Assembly (NCBI GenBank): GCA_035221665.1
Contig: CM069155.1
Location: 30,380,001 to 30,444,000 of the forward strand
Reading direction: 5' to 3'
DNA: 64,000 nucleotides
DNA from: Okamejei kenojei
Taxonomy: Eukaryota
Each line of letters starts with the position of its first letter. Positions within the stretch are counted from its first letter, which is position 1. This document shows positions 1 through 13,260 of the stretch, piece after piece. The notes under the pieces are model-generated. The model made no database searches. It was not told the DNA's origin and saw only the letters and a list, made by a program, of their open reading frames with translations. Position numbers and translations under genes: made by a program.

Positions 1-356
1 AAGGATGTTACCTGGGACATTCACTATGAGAACTTCAGAGCTCGATGCATCCAGGAAATGACAAGGTTGGTTTTCTTTCTGCCCATCATTCACCCTCCCA
101 TCAGGAACGAGATCTATCGAGGAACTCGGGTGGTACAATATGGAACAAGCTGCCTGAGATAGCGGTTGAGGCAGGAGCAACAATAACATTTAAAGGACAT
201 TTGCACAGGTACATGAATAAGAAATGTTTCATGGGATATGGATCAAATGCAGGCTAATTGGATTAGCTTAGATGGGCATCTTGGACAGAAAGAGTTGGGC
301 TGAAGGTCCTACTTTATGTCTGCTGTGTGACTCTATGCTTTATGACCCTATCAACG

Positions 357-1612
357 TCAGCATGGATTTATGAAGGGGAAATCATGCTTGACTAATCTTC
401 TGGAAATTTTTGAGGATGTAACAAGTAGAATGGATAAGGAAGAGCCAGTGAATATGGTGTATCTGGACTTTGAAAAAGCCTTTGACAAGGTCCCACACAA
501 GAGATTAGTGTGCAAGATTAGAGCACATAGTATTGGGGGTAGAGTATTGACATGGATAGCGAACTGGTGGCAGGCAGGAAGCAAAGAGTATAAATTAATG
601 GGTCCTTTTCAGAATGGCACGCAGGGACTAGTGGGGTGCCGCAAGGCTCGGTGCTAGGACCTCAGTTATCTACAATATATATTAACGATTTAGATGGGGG
701 AATTAAATGTAACATCTCCAAGTTTGCAGATGACACAAAGCTGGGTGGCAGTGTGAGCTGCGATGAGGATGCTAAGAGCCGGCGGGGTGACTTGGATAGT
801 ATGGGTGAGTGGGCAGATGCAGTATAATATGCATAAATGTGAGGTATTCACTTTGGTGGCAAGAGCAGGAAGGCCGATTATTACCTGAATGGTGTCAGAT
901 TAGGAAAAGGGGAGGTGCAACAAGGCCACGGTGTGCAGGGAGCTAATGGGATGTTGGCCTTCATTGCGAGAGGATTTGAGTTTAGGATCAAGGAGGACCT
1001 AATTCAGTTGTACAGGGCCCTGATGAGTATTGTGTGCAATTTTGGTCTCCTAATTTGAGGAAGGACATTATTGCTATTGAGGGAGTGCAGTGTAGGTTCA
1101 CCAGGTTAGTTCCTGGGACCGACATATGATGAAGAATGGGTGGACTGGGTTTGCATTCACTGGAATTTAGAAGTTTGGGATCTTATAGAAACATATACAA
1201 TTCTTAACAGATTGGACAGGCTAGATGTAGGAAAAATGTTCCTGATGTTGGGAGGGTCCAGAACCAGGGGTCGCAGTTTAAGAATAAGGGGTAGGCCATT
1301 TAGGTTTGCGATGAGAAAAAAAAAATAAGGGGTAGGCCATTTAGGACTGAGATGAAAAAAAAATGTCACCCAGAGAGTTGTGAATCTGTGGAATTCTCTG
1401 CCACAGAAGCAGTGGAGGCCAATTCACTGGATGTTTTCAAGAGAGAGTTAGATTTAGCTCTTAGGGCTAAAGGAATCAAGGGATGTGGGGAAAATGAAGG
1501 AATGGGGTACTGATTTTAGATAATCAGCCATGATCATATTGAATGGCGGTGCTGGCTCGAAGGGCCAAAGGGCCTACTCCTGCACCTATGTTTATATGTT
1601 TTCTATGTTTCT
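357..1612 (+). mobile_element. CR1-type LINE, 5'-truncated and degenerate (RT through 3' end)
   Basis: Frameshifted ORFs give [37 protein letters not shown] and [10 protein letters not shown] (CR1 RT motifs); ends in a ctatgttt-type tail. Confidence 0.9.
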
Positions 1613-2516
1613 GTTTTCAACATGCTGAGTTTATATCTATGCATTTTATTTGATTTATTAATAGCTTCACTGCACATGCAGTTATGCAGATTCAGCACGT
1701 CACAATTCTATCCCATTTCTGCTTATGCACCTTTAAGCATTGGACAGCAATGTTGAAACTGAATTTATCGGCAGCCAATTCCACTTATTGTTTATTGCAT
1801 TAATGATATACCATGGATGCTGAATTAGGTTTACCTTTAGGTTTATTATTGTCACGTGTACTGATACATTGAAAAGCTTTCTTTTTGCATACTATCCAGT
1901 CAAATCAGATAATATTCTCCATTAATACAAGCAAGCCAAGCTCGAGTGCAATAGTTAGAGTGAAGGGAAAGATGCAAAGTGCAGGATATAGTTCTCAGCA
2001 TTATAGTGCATGAACCCCAGGATTGTCGGAATCATTTGGTTCATGCCTCGTGCAAAGGAAAAAAACATGCGATCCTCTCTCAAAAATAGCTCTTTTAGGC
2101 ACTGCGTGGGCAGAATTTCCATGGAAGTTCATATCAGTGAATTATTCCATTTCCTTGAATTTCCACCACTCCTTTTCTGAGGACTCCTTGCAAGAATTGC
2201 TCTGCTAAAATTCATGGCTTTTCCAGACAAATTAGAACGGATCAATGAGTGGTCCTCAAATTCTCAAGGGTTTCCCACAAGTACCTTATGAAACACTGGT
2301 GAGATTTTTGTGGAAGTATAGGGGATCGACACTAACCACCATGCTAAATTGTGGCCATTTTCTCGTTGGGAGTTTCACTCAGTTAATGTTATTGCCGTGT
2401 TTGGAAGTGTGGAATCGGAAGATCAGAAATTATTTTATTATTCCCAATGTGACATTATAAAATTACAAAGCCAGCTGAAAAAAGCTACTGACTTTTCCAT
2501 ACTTTAATTTACACAG

Positions 2517-2619
2517 TAAATTGACCCAGGACAACCGAGCAGAAAGTCCCCTCCCCATACTCCCAGTGCCAACTCCGGATGCAGAGACAGAGAAACTGAT
2601 CAAAATGAAGGATGAAGAG
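2517..2619 (+). CDS. SEPTIN5: Septin-5, penultimate coding exon ([34 protein letters not shown])
   Basis: Acceptor tttacacag at 2508-2516 and donor gtgagt at 2620. The translation closely matches the recalled vertebrate SEPT5 C-terminus ([34 protein letters not shown]). Not in the ORF track. Confidence 0.93.
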
Positions 2620-3523
2620 GTGAGTGGCTAAAGTGTGAAGAAAGATGAGTGTCTGAGGTGTGAAATCCACACCATGTAACTGAACAGTCTGTGACAATCG
2701 TGAGTCTGTTATTGGTGGCCACCTGTGTGAGTAGATTCACCGAAAATATTTAAACCACAGTTGTGTTTTTACTGTTTAATTTTGTTTGCTGTTCATTTTT
2801 TAATTGTTTTGAGACTTGACAGGAAGTAATCATTTGCAAATTAATCGAGATGAGATTTTGCCGTGATTAGCTTGAATATGGAATCACCAACAGTGGGCAG
2901 AGCCAGTTTGGTGTTGAAATGTTGTTCTTTCCCAGCAATTAATTCATTCCCTGTGCTCCTGAGTAGTGGGCTTTCTAATGACTGTTTATCTGGCTATAAA
3001 TAAGCTACAATTTCAATTTTCTGCCAGATATTAAACTGGATTTGCAAATGTATTGCCCAATGTAGGAACCACTCAAATTGGATTCCCATTGAATCATCAG
3101 AAGGTACAATTGGACAGATTGAAGTATACAAGGCCTATCCATACAAGAATTTGGAAACTTGGATTGTAACTTCAATATTAGCCTTTGGTCTCTGAATTGA
3201 CAAGGGAATCAAGTTGTCATTAAGGAATCTCCTTACCTTAGATGTTGAGATAATTTCTCATGTCATCTGCCAATCCTCATTGTATTTGAATATAATCTAA
3301 TTTCACATAGTATTCAATTTATGCAAACTCAGCTGTTTGCATTTTTCATTATCTGAATATGAATGTTCCCAAGCGTTTTAGACACTCATTATCCTAGTAT
3401 AAGGGATGTGTGGTTGTTGAACCAGTGTGTATTGTTCAATGATGGAAAAACCATTGCTGTTGCCTGTTGCTAGTGTGTAGCAGTACACTATAGAGCTCAG
3501 TAATTACACATTCCTTTCTGCAG

Positions 3524-3580
3524 CTCCGGCGAATGCAGGAAATGTTGCAACGAATGCAGCAGCAAATGCAAGACCAGTGA
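3524..3580 (+). CDS. SEPTIN5: Septin-5, last coding exon (LRRMQEMLQRMQQQMQDQ*)
   Basis: Acceptor ttcctttctgcag ends at 3523, phase 0 as required by the previous exon. Matches the SEPT5 terminus LRRMQEMLQRMKQQMQDQ; TGA at 3578-3580. Confidence 0.93.
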   Translation, partial: LRRMQEMLQRMQQQMQDQ

Positions 3581-3897
3581 GCGATGGACTGAGACTGAGC
3601 AAAGAACAAAGACTCACCACTTCAACCAAATCCAACAGGAGTGAGGAAGGTGACACAAGACGCAGGGCAAGCCCCTGGGGGAAATGCACTGTACAGAACG
3701 TGTCATGTGTTTCCTGTTATACTCTAGAGTCAGCTCAAGGGTCACCTTGTGTCTTGCCTACCCTGTATAGTGCCACCATATAATTTACATATCCTGCTTG
3801 TTTGTCTGGGTTTGTATTTAATATCTTGTCAGTACAATTTAACAACATTCAGAGGGATATCTACATTGGAATGCTTATGTGGAAAATACTCTTTACT

Positions 3898-3903
3898 AAT
3901 AAA
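3898..3903 (+). promoter_or_regulatory. Candidate SEPTIN5 polyadenylation signal (AATAAA)
   Basis: AATAAA about 320 nt after the stop, followed by GT/T-rich sequence. Later AATAAA sites (e.g. 6321) are alternatives. Confidence 0.45.
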
Positions 3904-6900
3904 TGTTTTCAAATGGGTCTGACTTCAGGTATTGGGTTTTTTTTAGGGTCAGGAGTGCACGTGCTGGCCCGTGAATAATTTTGTACACATTGACATCCCA
4001 TTTTTTTTCTGATAACCGCAGAGAAAAGCAAAAATGACAGTTTGCATTTTTCTTTAAGCTCTCCGTAACTTCATGCTAAGGTTACAATAGAAACCCATGA
4101 ATATTCTGTGCAAAGTTGCACAAAACTCTGCCATGCCTCAAAGCCTGTCCTTCAAACTCACCATAAAAATATAAGAAATAGAAATAAGTATAGTCCTTCC
4201 TTGCCCACTGGATCACCATTCACTATGATCATGGCTGATCTTCTACCTCAGTGCTGTTTATTAACACATGGCTATTTGCCAGCAAAACCCCCATATCCCC
4301 TGGTTCCCTTCATGTCAAGAGATTGGTGGGTATAGGAAACACGCTGCCACAGGATGTAGCTGACAGGTAGCATAACACCATTGAAAAAAAACTTGGAAAT
4401 GTACATGGATAGGAAAGGTTAGAGGGATATGTGCTAAACATGAACAAATGGAAGTAGCTTTGATGTGCCATCTTGGTCGGCATGGACAAGATGAACCTAA
4501 GGGAGTTTTTCCATGCTGTATGACTATGACGTTGTATCTATCAATCTATGCTTTTAATGAATAATGATCAAACAATGGAACCTGAATAAGAGTTCAGATT
4601 GGCAATGAGGAAGTTCATTGTGTATTGAATACAGGATTTCTCCCAGAATGGTTTCATGTCTATGTCAATTGAATAATTACTTTCTCGTTTCTGTGAACTC
4701 TGACTGCGTCGAAACCATTATTAAGACAAAACCTAGCTAATGTTTCAGAAGGCACAAAATTGTCCTTGGGGGTAGACATGAAAATATATCACAGCACTGT
4801 GTAAATGCATTTATCGTGCTTGCAACGTTTAATTCAGTTGACTTAATTGGACAGAATTTTGGAAGCAGATTCCAATGAGCACACAAATCACATTTAGCAC
4901 ATGCAATGGGAGACACATTTCAGTACCGAAGTGTGAGACACATTCCATTACTTCTGCAAGCCTTTTCCAGGCTTACAAACGTTCTCCTTGGAGAAAGTTC
5001 AGCCAGTTTCACTAGTATTTTTCACTACCATGCTTTTGATGATTGAGAGAAGAATTTGCATAAATTAGCTTTGCAATCCCTGTAAATTACAGAACGAAGG
5101 GTGATTTCAGAGAGTTTTGATCATTCTGAATGGAATTAATGGGATAGATAGAGGAACTTACTTGCTAAAGTGCTGTCAGACAAAGGTACTTAACATAAAC
5201 CAAAGTAATTCAGAAAAATAATTACGATTCACTTCTCCCCACAAGAGTAGTAGTAGCATGGGATACTTTCCTACAGTAAACAGTAGATTCTAAAGCAATG
5301 GTTAAATCTCAGATTCATTGATTACTGCTGTCCAGGGTGATAAAGGGATATGTGCCAAAGGTTAGTGAAAAGGTTATAATACAGATCACTTGCAATTTTA
5401 TTGAAAGATAGAACAGGTCTCGGTATGAATGGCCTACTTTTTTTAATATCGGGCATTGTTAAAAAGATGTAGAAATATCATTCATATTGTACATTTCAGG
5501 AACACTTCTAATGAAACACTTTGAAGATGTAGTCGCTGTTGGAAATCACAACAGATAATTAAGTGCCATATGGTTCCACATATCGTAATGAGATTAATAG
5601 CATGTGGTGTAATACAGTGATGATGCCTGAGATATAAATGTTGGCTGGAGAGTCGGAGAACACCTTGCTCTTCCTGGACCATCTGTGTCTACTTGAGGAA
5701 AAATTCTATTCCAATATTTAAACCTTACTCAGTTTACAGCTTACGCGTATTTTATGCTTCTGATAAAAACTAGGCAATCATGTCAAAAGGATGAAGATTT
5801 TATTTCCTGCTCCACCCCCCACCTGACTCAGCAGCTTTCAACTTATATTTCTCTGTAACTATTTGGTATTTGTGTATCATTAACAGGAAGGCCCTATGAT
5901 GTAGCACTCTACCTATTTTGCTGTCTGCCTCAAAAGAAGGCACAGAGTAGGGAGGTCACATCAAGCTGTAAATGGAAACAGTTTGGCATGGTATCTTTGT
6001 GGCATTACAGACAAGCCAAGCTTCTGTTGATATATTCTGATGAGCAGTTCAATTTCTACAACATTACACTCATTACAGTCATTGTAATATAAAAGGTAAT
6101 GTAATATTTATTAATGTTTGGATCAAAAATCTCACTCTTTGCTTGGTGTAGTGCATTACTCATTCCCTGTATGGTTCCCTGTGTTTTTATACTTCCTGTA
6201 AACAGGTGCATTTACTGAAGGCACACTGCATTATATCCCCTTGTAGCGACAATGTATCTTTTATCATTACTTAATGTAGAGCATTTTAATATATTTCTGA
6301 AAAGCCTACTGAACCATCTGAATAAATTGGCGTCATGCTTGTGTTTAGCATATCAATTCCAAATGCTGACATGAATCAAACATTATTTTGTTTATCAGTA
6401 GCTTTCATTGCAGGGCCTCGCAGAAGTACGGAGGCTTGTATTTATTTTTAAATGGATTTCAGAGCTTGTATCCCCAGCTGTAATGCTTGCCCTCGTGTTA
6501 TTAAAATACTGCCCTTATTCCAATAATTGGTGTGCTTTAAGGGCAGCATGAAAGTGACACTTGCTGTCAGGCTCTGTAAAGACTTAAAATCTATTAGAAA
6601 CACTTGTTTTTCATGCCAAGCTCCAGCAGGGCGACAGAGATAAAATGGTTGAAAAACTGCCAACTCATCTACAGAGCTGCATTGACTTGTTGTTCATTTG
6701 CAGCCAGCAATATTGATAAGTTGCTTTTGAACTAAAAGCCAAGACTATGTGCCAAGTATATTATAGCCTTTGCCCCAAACTAGACCAGGAAGAAAAAAAC
6801 AAATAACCTGTAGTTTCAAAAGGAAGAAGGCATTGCTATGGAAGGAAAAACATTATAAATTAAAGAAAATGTTGCCTTAATTTTAAATAAAACTGCAATC

Positions 6901-8420
6901 TTTACTTTTGATAAGAACTTCTACAGTTTTGCAGATGGAACAAAAAATGAATTGGAATTCCTGACAATATGTAAATATATCAAGAATATTTTTGGATTTT
7001 GCATTTGGAAGGGAGGCATCATCAAAAAAGATCAGTGGTATATTAAAAATTTAACCTAAGGAAATCTACGACAAACCAAATTATTGGAAATTAGCAGCAA
7101 ACGACAATAATTTTAATGAATCATTCTACCTATGAATGTGTGAGATAGTGTGGTAATTTGGAAATTGGCTATTCTTCTTGCATTCATATTATGAAGGGTT
7201 CCGTGAGGAGATCAACATGTTTATGATTCAAAAACTGTACATAAAAATAAGGCATATATGATGTAGGGTGGCGGACTTCAAAAATAGCCCCTTAGTCATT
7301 GTATTTTGTTCAGCAGGGATTAAATTAAATACTAACACATTCTTCTTTATCTCCAGAATATTGCTCTGTCTTTGGAAACACTTGGTAAAACTAATTAGTT
7401 TTATGGTTATATCTTCATAAAACGTGTTTTCACAGAATGATCTTTCAAAACAAAATAGGAATATAATTACTCCTAATATGTGGAATTTTGTCATTGTCAG
7501 TATTTTTAGCTAATGAGAAGTTTTGTTTTATCCATAGCAGTGCAGTATAGAATCCTTATGGTTCACTGATTCTAGCCTAATCTGTCGAACAGTTTCCTCA
7601 CAAAATAGCCTTTCATTCCAGGTTTCAGTCTCTGTCAGTCTTCCCTAATCTGTTTCCAGTGTTACCATCCTACATGAGGAGATCAATACTATGCAGTGTA
7701 CTCCAGTCTAGATCTCACAAATGTTACAAATACCGGACATGCAATCTCCCATCATATGAGATGAAGAATGAGAGTGGAGTGAAGGCAGGGCCAAAAATGA
7801 GGTTATTCGTGTCTCAGTTGGTAACATTCCAACCTTAGAAAATAGAATATAGAAAAGTACAGTATAGAAACAGACCCTACAGCCCACAATGTTCACGCTG
7901 AACATGATGTCAAGTTAAACTAATTACCTCTGCCTGCATGTGATCTATATCCCTTCATTCCCTGCACTTCAATGTGAATTCAATTTTCACCCAGAGACTT
8001 GAGCACATGAGGACACTGAAGCTGCATAAATGCAGTCATACCAAGATTGGTATAGCCGCATAAATGCAGTCATGCCAGGATTATATACAACACAATAAGA
8101 CCTCCTTGCTCTTACATTTACATCAATTTGAACTAAGGTTTACAAAGCATTTGCATTCCTAATCACTTGTTACACCATCATGTCGGCATTCAGTGTTGGG
8201 TTAATTGGCTTTCACTTGTGTGCAAGCACATTTTGATACAGTTCAACATCAACACTTCCCAAATATTCATAATTTAAAGTAATTCTGGATTTTTTTTTGT
8301 GCTCCAGAGTGTACAAACTTAAATTTCTTCACATGATACTCCATCTGCCATGTTCTTGCCCATTCACAGAACATGGCTTTATTCCCCTCTAAATCTTCTT
8401 ACATTCACTTCCACGCTCGC

Positions 8421-8731
8421 TTAGTTTAGTTTAGAGGTACAGCGTGGATACCGGCCCTTCAGCCCACCGGGTCCATGTCAACCAGCGAGCCCCGCACATA
8501 AACACTATCCTACTCCCACTAGGGACAATTTTTGATATTCATCAAGCCAATTAACCTACAAACCTGTACGTCTTTGGAGTGCGGGAGGAAAACGAAGATC
8601 TCGGACAAAACCCACACAGGTCACGGGGAGAACATACATACTCCCTATGGCACCTGTGGCCGTGATCGAACCCGGGTCTCCGGCGCTGCATTCGCTGTAA
8701 GGCAGCAACTCTACCGTTGCGCCACCGTGAC
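8421..8731 (-). mobile_element. HE1-like (tRNA-derived) SINE
   Basis: Reverse complement has a tRNA-like head with a B-box (gggttcgatc), the core ggtttgtaggttaattggc and a (ctaaa)n tail; many copies in the window. Confidence 0.8.
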
Positions 8732-9819
8732 GCTGCTTAGTGTTGCGTGAACATCAAACTGTAAAATATGTCATTTGGTCCACTAGGCCAAATTGTTGAC
8801 ATAGATCGTGAGTAGATGAGACCTCAAGCTGCAACCTCAGTGGATCCCAACAGTCGTAACCCGCCAACTTGAGAAGGATTCTCTCCAGATTTGCTGCCTC
8901 ACCCGCTGAGTTACTCCAGCATTTTGTGTCTAACATGAGAAGGATTTATGTATACCCACTCTCAGCTATCTGTTGATAACCAATTCTCAATCTCTGTCAG
9001 TATATTGCTCACAATTTCATGTACTCTAATTTGGTTGACCAATTTTCAGTGTGGGATTTTTCAAAAACCCAAACACAACATATCCATTGGTTCCTCTTTA
9101 CCAGTTCTATCATTGCATCGCAAATAACTCCAACAGCATAGACAAAAGTGATCTTTTCATAGGTCCACCCTGACTTTGACAATCTGATTTATTTTTTCAA
9201 TGAAATTTGTTAATACATAATTTATGAGAAATTCTAGTATTATCCCTTGCCACTGATGTTAAGCCAGCGGACTCGTCGTTCCTTGTTTTTGTTGTCCCTT
9301 TTATTAGACAGTGATGTCACATTTCCACTTTTCGAACCATAGGAAAAAGGTTCACAAAACAGAAATGTTGAGGATATATTATCTCTACAGCTTGTCCTTC
9401 AGAACTTTGTGATATAGATCTTTGGGTCCTTCAGAATTTTCAGCTTTTAAGCTCACCAATACTTATTTCCCCAGTTCCTTGTTCTTGCTAAACCCATTTT
9501 TTTCTGATGTTTCTAATAGGGTTTCTGTGTCTTCTGTATTGAAGATGGACTCAAAGTATATTTCCCCAGAGGTACCAAGATCAGAAGGCAGCTTCCCCCC
9601 ATCCAGGCCTGGGTAATACATGGCAGTCCCATCAGTGAAGACCATATTCCATTAATCAAGGCAAAACAAAATGGTAAATTAAATATTATCTTCTGAGAAG
9701 CATTTTAAGACACGTCAAGGTCAAGAGAGACCATAAAAATGAAAGTGTTTCTTCAGATATGGCATGTGGGAAGCTAGAGAAGATATTCCAGGTGCCCTGG
9801 CTGAGATATATACAATTTA

Positions 9820-9985
9820 CAGAAGCCAATTAACCTGAAAACCAGCACGTCTTTAGAATGTGGGAGGAACTGACGCATCTGGATGAAACCCGCGTGGTCA
9901 CAGGGAGAATGTACAAAAACCGTACAGACAGCACCCGTAGTCAGGATTGAACCCGGGTCTCTGGTGCTGTATTATTGTGCCGCCC
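9820..9985 (-). mobile_element. HE1-like SINE, partial
   Basis: Same core as the 8421 copy (agccaattaacct...tgtgggagg...gaacccgggtct). Confidence 0.7.
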
Positions 9986-10051
9986 TCTTAAGACTTCTAT
10001 CATCTCTCCTTAACCATGGACATTCCAGAGAATAGAGAATAGACAGAGAGA

Positions 10052-10357
10052 GGGGTGGCACAGCGGTAGAGTTGCTGCCTTACAGCGCTTGCGGCGCATG
10101 AGACCCGGGTTCGATCCCGATTACGGGTGTTGTCTGTATGGAGTTTGTACGTTCTCCCCGTGACCGCGTGAGATTTCTCTGAGATCTTCGGTTTCCTCCC
10201 ACACTCCGAAGACATACAGGTTTGTAGGTTAATTGGCTTAGTATAAGCTAGTGTGTGTAGGGTAGCGTTAATGTGCGGGGAACACTTGCCAGCTCTGACT
10301 CGGTGGGCCAAAGGGTCTGTTTCTGCACTGAACCACTAAAACTAAACTAAAAACTAA
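10052..10357 (+). mobile_element. HE1-like SINE, near full length
   Basis: A-box-like tggcacagcggtaga, B-box gggttcgatccc, conserved core and (ctaaa)n tail. Confidence 0.85.
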
Positions 10358-12612
10358 AACAAGGACTGATTAGGGATAGTCAGCACAGTTTTGTACGTGG
10401 GAGCTTGTGTCTCATGAATCTCATTGAGTATTTTGAAGCTGTAACCAAAAAGGTTGCTGAGGGCAGAGCAGTGGAAGTTGCCTATATGGATTTCAGCAAG
10501 TCGTTTGATGCGGCTCCAGATGGCAGGCTGCTCTGGAATGTTGGATCGCATGGGATTAGGGAGAGCTAGCTGACTGGATAGAAAATTGGCTTCATGGCAG
10601 GAAGCAGAGAATGATTGTGGAAGTTTGTTTTTCAGACTGACGACCTGTGACTAGTTGTGTGCCTCATGGATCGGCGCTGGGCCCACTGCTGTTTAGTCAA
10701 GAGTCAAGAGTCAAGAGTGTCATGTGTCCCAGGTTGAACAATGAAATTCTTACCTGCTGCAGCACAACCGAATATGCAAACACAGTATGATATGACAAAC
10801 GAGAGAGAGAAAAGAAAAGCTTAGTGTGTGTATATATCCATACTCACAACATACCCATATATATGTATATACACATACACGCATACTCAAAAAACAAAAC
10901 CAAACAGTGCAACATTAATAATAATAGTCTATTGTGGTTCAGAGCCTGTATGAGGTTGAAGTGTTTAATAGGCTGACGTTACAGTTTTCAGGCTCCTGTA
11001 CCTTCTTCCCGATGGCAGTGGTGAAAAGCGTGTGAGGCCAGGACGATGTGTGTCTCTGATGATGTTGGCTGTTTTTTTGAGGCAACGACTCTAATAAATC
11101 CCTTCGATGGTGGAGAAGTCAGAACCGGTGATGGAGTGGGCAGTGTTCACAACTTTTTGCAGTCTTTTCCCCTCCCAGACGTTCAAGTTGCTGAACCAGA
11201 CAATGATGCGACCAGTCAATATGCTCTCTACTGTGCACCTGTAGAAGATCAAGAGAATCCTCTTTGACATATCAAATCTGCATAACCTTCTCAGGAAGAT
11301 GAGGTTTCCTTATAATTGCACCAGTGTGCTGGGTCCAGGAAAGATCGTCAGAAATCTTCGGCACGGACTGGAAGGGCCGAGAGGGCCTGTTTCCATGCTG
11401 TAATTGTTATATGGTTAAATATGCACACCCAAGAATTTGAAGTTTTTGACTCTCTCCACTATCGTCCCATTGATATAAATAGGACTGTGGGTCCTCATCC
11501 TTCCTCTTCCAAAGTCCACAATCAGTTCTTTGGTTTTACAGATATTGAGAGCCAGGTTGTTGTGCTGGCACCATTTGGTCAATTGGTCGATCTCACCTCT
11601 ATAATCTGACTCGTCACCATCTGTAATTTGTCCCACAATGGTGGTGTCAGCGGCAAACCTGACGATGGAGTTCGCACTATGTCCGGCTACACAGTCATGA
11701 GTGTAGAGTAGAGCAGTGGGCTGAGCACGCAGCCTTGAGGTGCTCCCGTACTGATTGTTAATGAGGGTGAAGTTTATATCAACAATTTGGATGAGAACAT
11801 ACAAGGCAGGATCGGTAATTTTGCAGATGACACTATAGTGGGTGATATTGCAGATAGCAAAGATGGTTAACAAAGGTTACAGTAGGATCTTGATCAGTTG
11901 GGCAACTTTAATGCAGATAAATGTGAGGTGATGCACTTTGGGAAATGTAACCAGGCAGTACATTCACAGTAAACGGTTGAGCTCTGTGCAGAACAGAGGG
12001 ATCAAAGAATGCAGGTGCATAGTACCTGGAAAATTGAGTCAAAGGCAGATCAAGAAATCAGGAAGTCCCCCGGTATATTGGCCTTCAACAGTCGGGTATT
12101 GAGTACAGAAGTTGAGATGTTATGTACAAGGTGCTGGCATGGCCACATTTGGAGTATTGTGTTCAGTTTTAGATACCCTGCTATAGGAAAGATATTGTTA
12201 ACCTGAAAGGAGTGCATCTCCCTTTAGCTCAGGGCCTGAGCTATAGGGAGATGTTGGGCAGGGTAGGACTGCAGTCCTTGGAGCGTAGGGAGATGAGGAG
12301 AGATCTTAGAGGTGTGCAAAATCATGAAGGGAAATGATAGGGTAGATGCACTGAGTCTTTTAGCCAGACAAGGGGAATCAAGATGCAGAGGCCATAGGTT
12401 TTAGATGAGAGGGGAAAGATTTAATAGGAATCAGAGGGGCAACTTTTTCACACAGAGGGTGGTGCATATGTCGAATAAGCTGCCAGGGGAGGTAGTTAAG
12501 GCAGTAACTATAATAACATTTAAAATACTTTTGGACAGGTATATGGAGAGAGAAGGCTTAGAGAATATGGACCAAATGCAGACAGGTGGGACTAGTGTAG
12601 ATGGGACACCTT
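10358..12612 (+). mobile_element. Degenerate CR1 LINE interrupted by a Rex1-type insertion
   Basis: CR1 RT remnants on both sides (SQHSFVRGSLC..., FADDT..., GNFFTQRVV) rejoin collinearly across 10695-11770. Confidence 0.75.
10695..11768 (-). mobile_element. Rex1/Babar-type non-LTR retrotransposon, 3' fragment
   Basis: YTHDC..SIVRFAADTTIVGQI..WCQHNNLALNICKTKELIVDF..VERVKNFKFLGVHI; tcttgac tandem tail at 10695-10720. Confidence 0.8.
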
Positions 12613-13139
12613 TGGTGCACAAAAGGATGGAGAGACACACTTAAGGACACAAATTATGGAGTCATATAGCTACACATCAAGGGGCCCTTCAGCCTACCCT
12701 GGCCATACTGACCAAGTTGACATGGTGGGCTCGGTGCATTTGCCGAATTTGACCATGGTCCTCATTACCTCCCGAATTCAGGGTTGAGCAACAGTATTCG
12801 GTAACGATTTACTGGTGTTTTACACAGAATGAAACGCATTGTGTAGGTAGCAAACAACTATTCAAAACCGATGATAATGACACACGATTAGCGGCAAGAA
12901 GTCACACGGAGGGCTGTGGGACATCGGAGGCCACAGGTTTTACACTTTCATTCATGTCCAACTTGTACTGGTCGGCTTTCTCCAGCTCGCTGTATTCGGA
13001 TTTATCTGGGATGGTGTCAGGCCACAAGATATTTTCGTGTTTCTAGGAATTATTACTGAACCAAACAATGAATTTGCAGCAAGCCAGTCGATAAACTGGA
13101 AATTGCACCGAAGAGAGAACTCGATGGGGCTTTGCTGAT

Positions 13140-13260
13140 TTCGTGCAGTTTATCACGAAACTGGGCGGGGCTGCAAACCAACCGAGCTGTTTACGGCTAC
13201 CCCTGTCCCTTTATCAACCGGGGCAGTATCCTCTGACGCTGTGACGTCCTAACGTGGTCA
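13140..13260 (+). promoter_or_regulatory. Candidate GP1BB promoter (two GATA sites, GC box, CRE-like motif)
   Basis: TTATCA at 13150-13155 and 13211-13216, GGGCGGGG at 13163-13170, TGACGTC at 13242-13248, in CpG-rich unique sequence; splice donor at 13399. TSS not demonstrated. Confidence 0.4.

Noticed and set aside
8020-8085. Short tandem duplications (also 25031-25065, 25441-25490) and the AT-rich tract at 20420-20480
   Set aside because: Two or three imperfect units from local slippage; not CRISPR-like or otherwise structured arrays.
10052-10125. tRNA-like A/B boxes
   Set aside because: SINE head continuing into the SINE core, not a cloverleaf tRNA gene.
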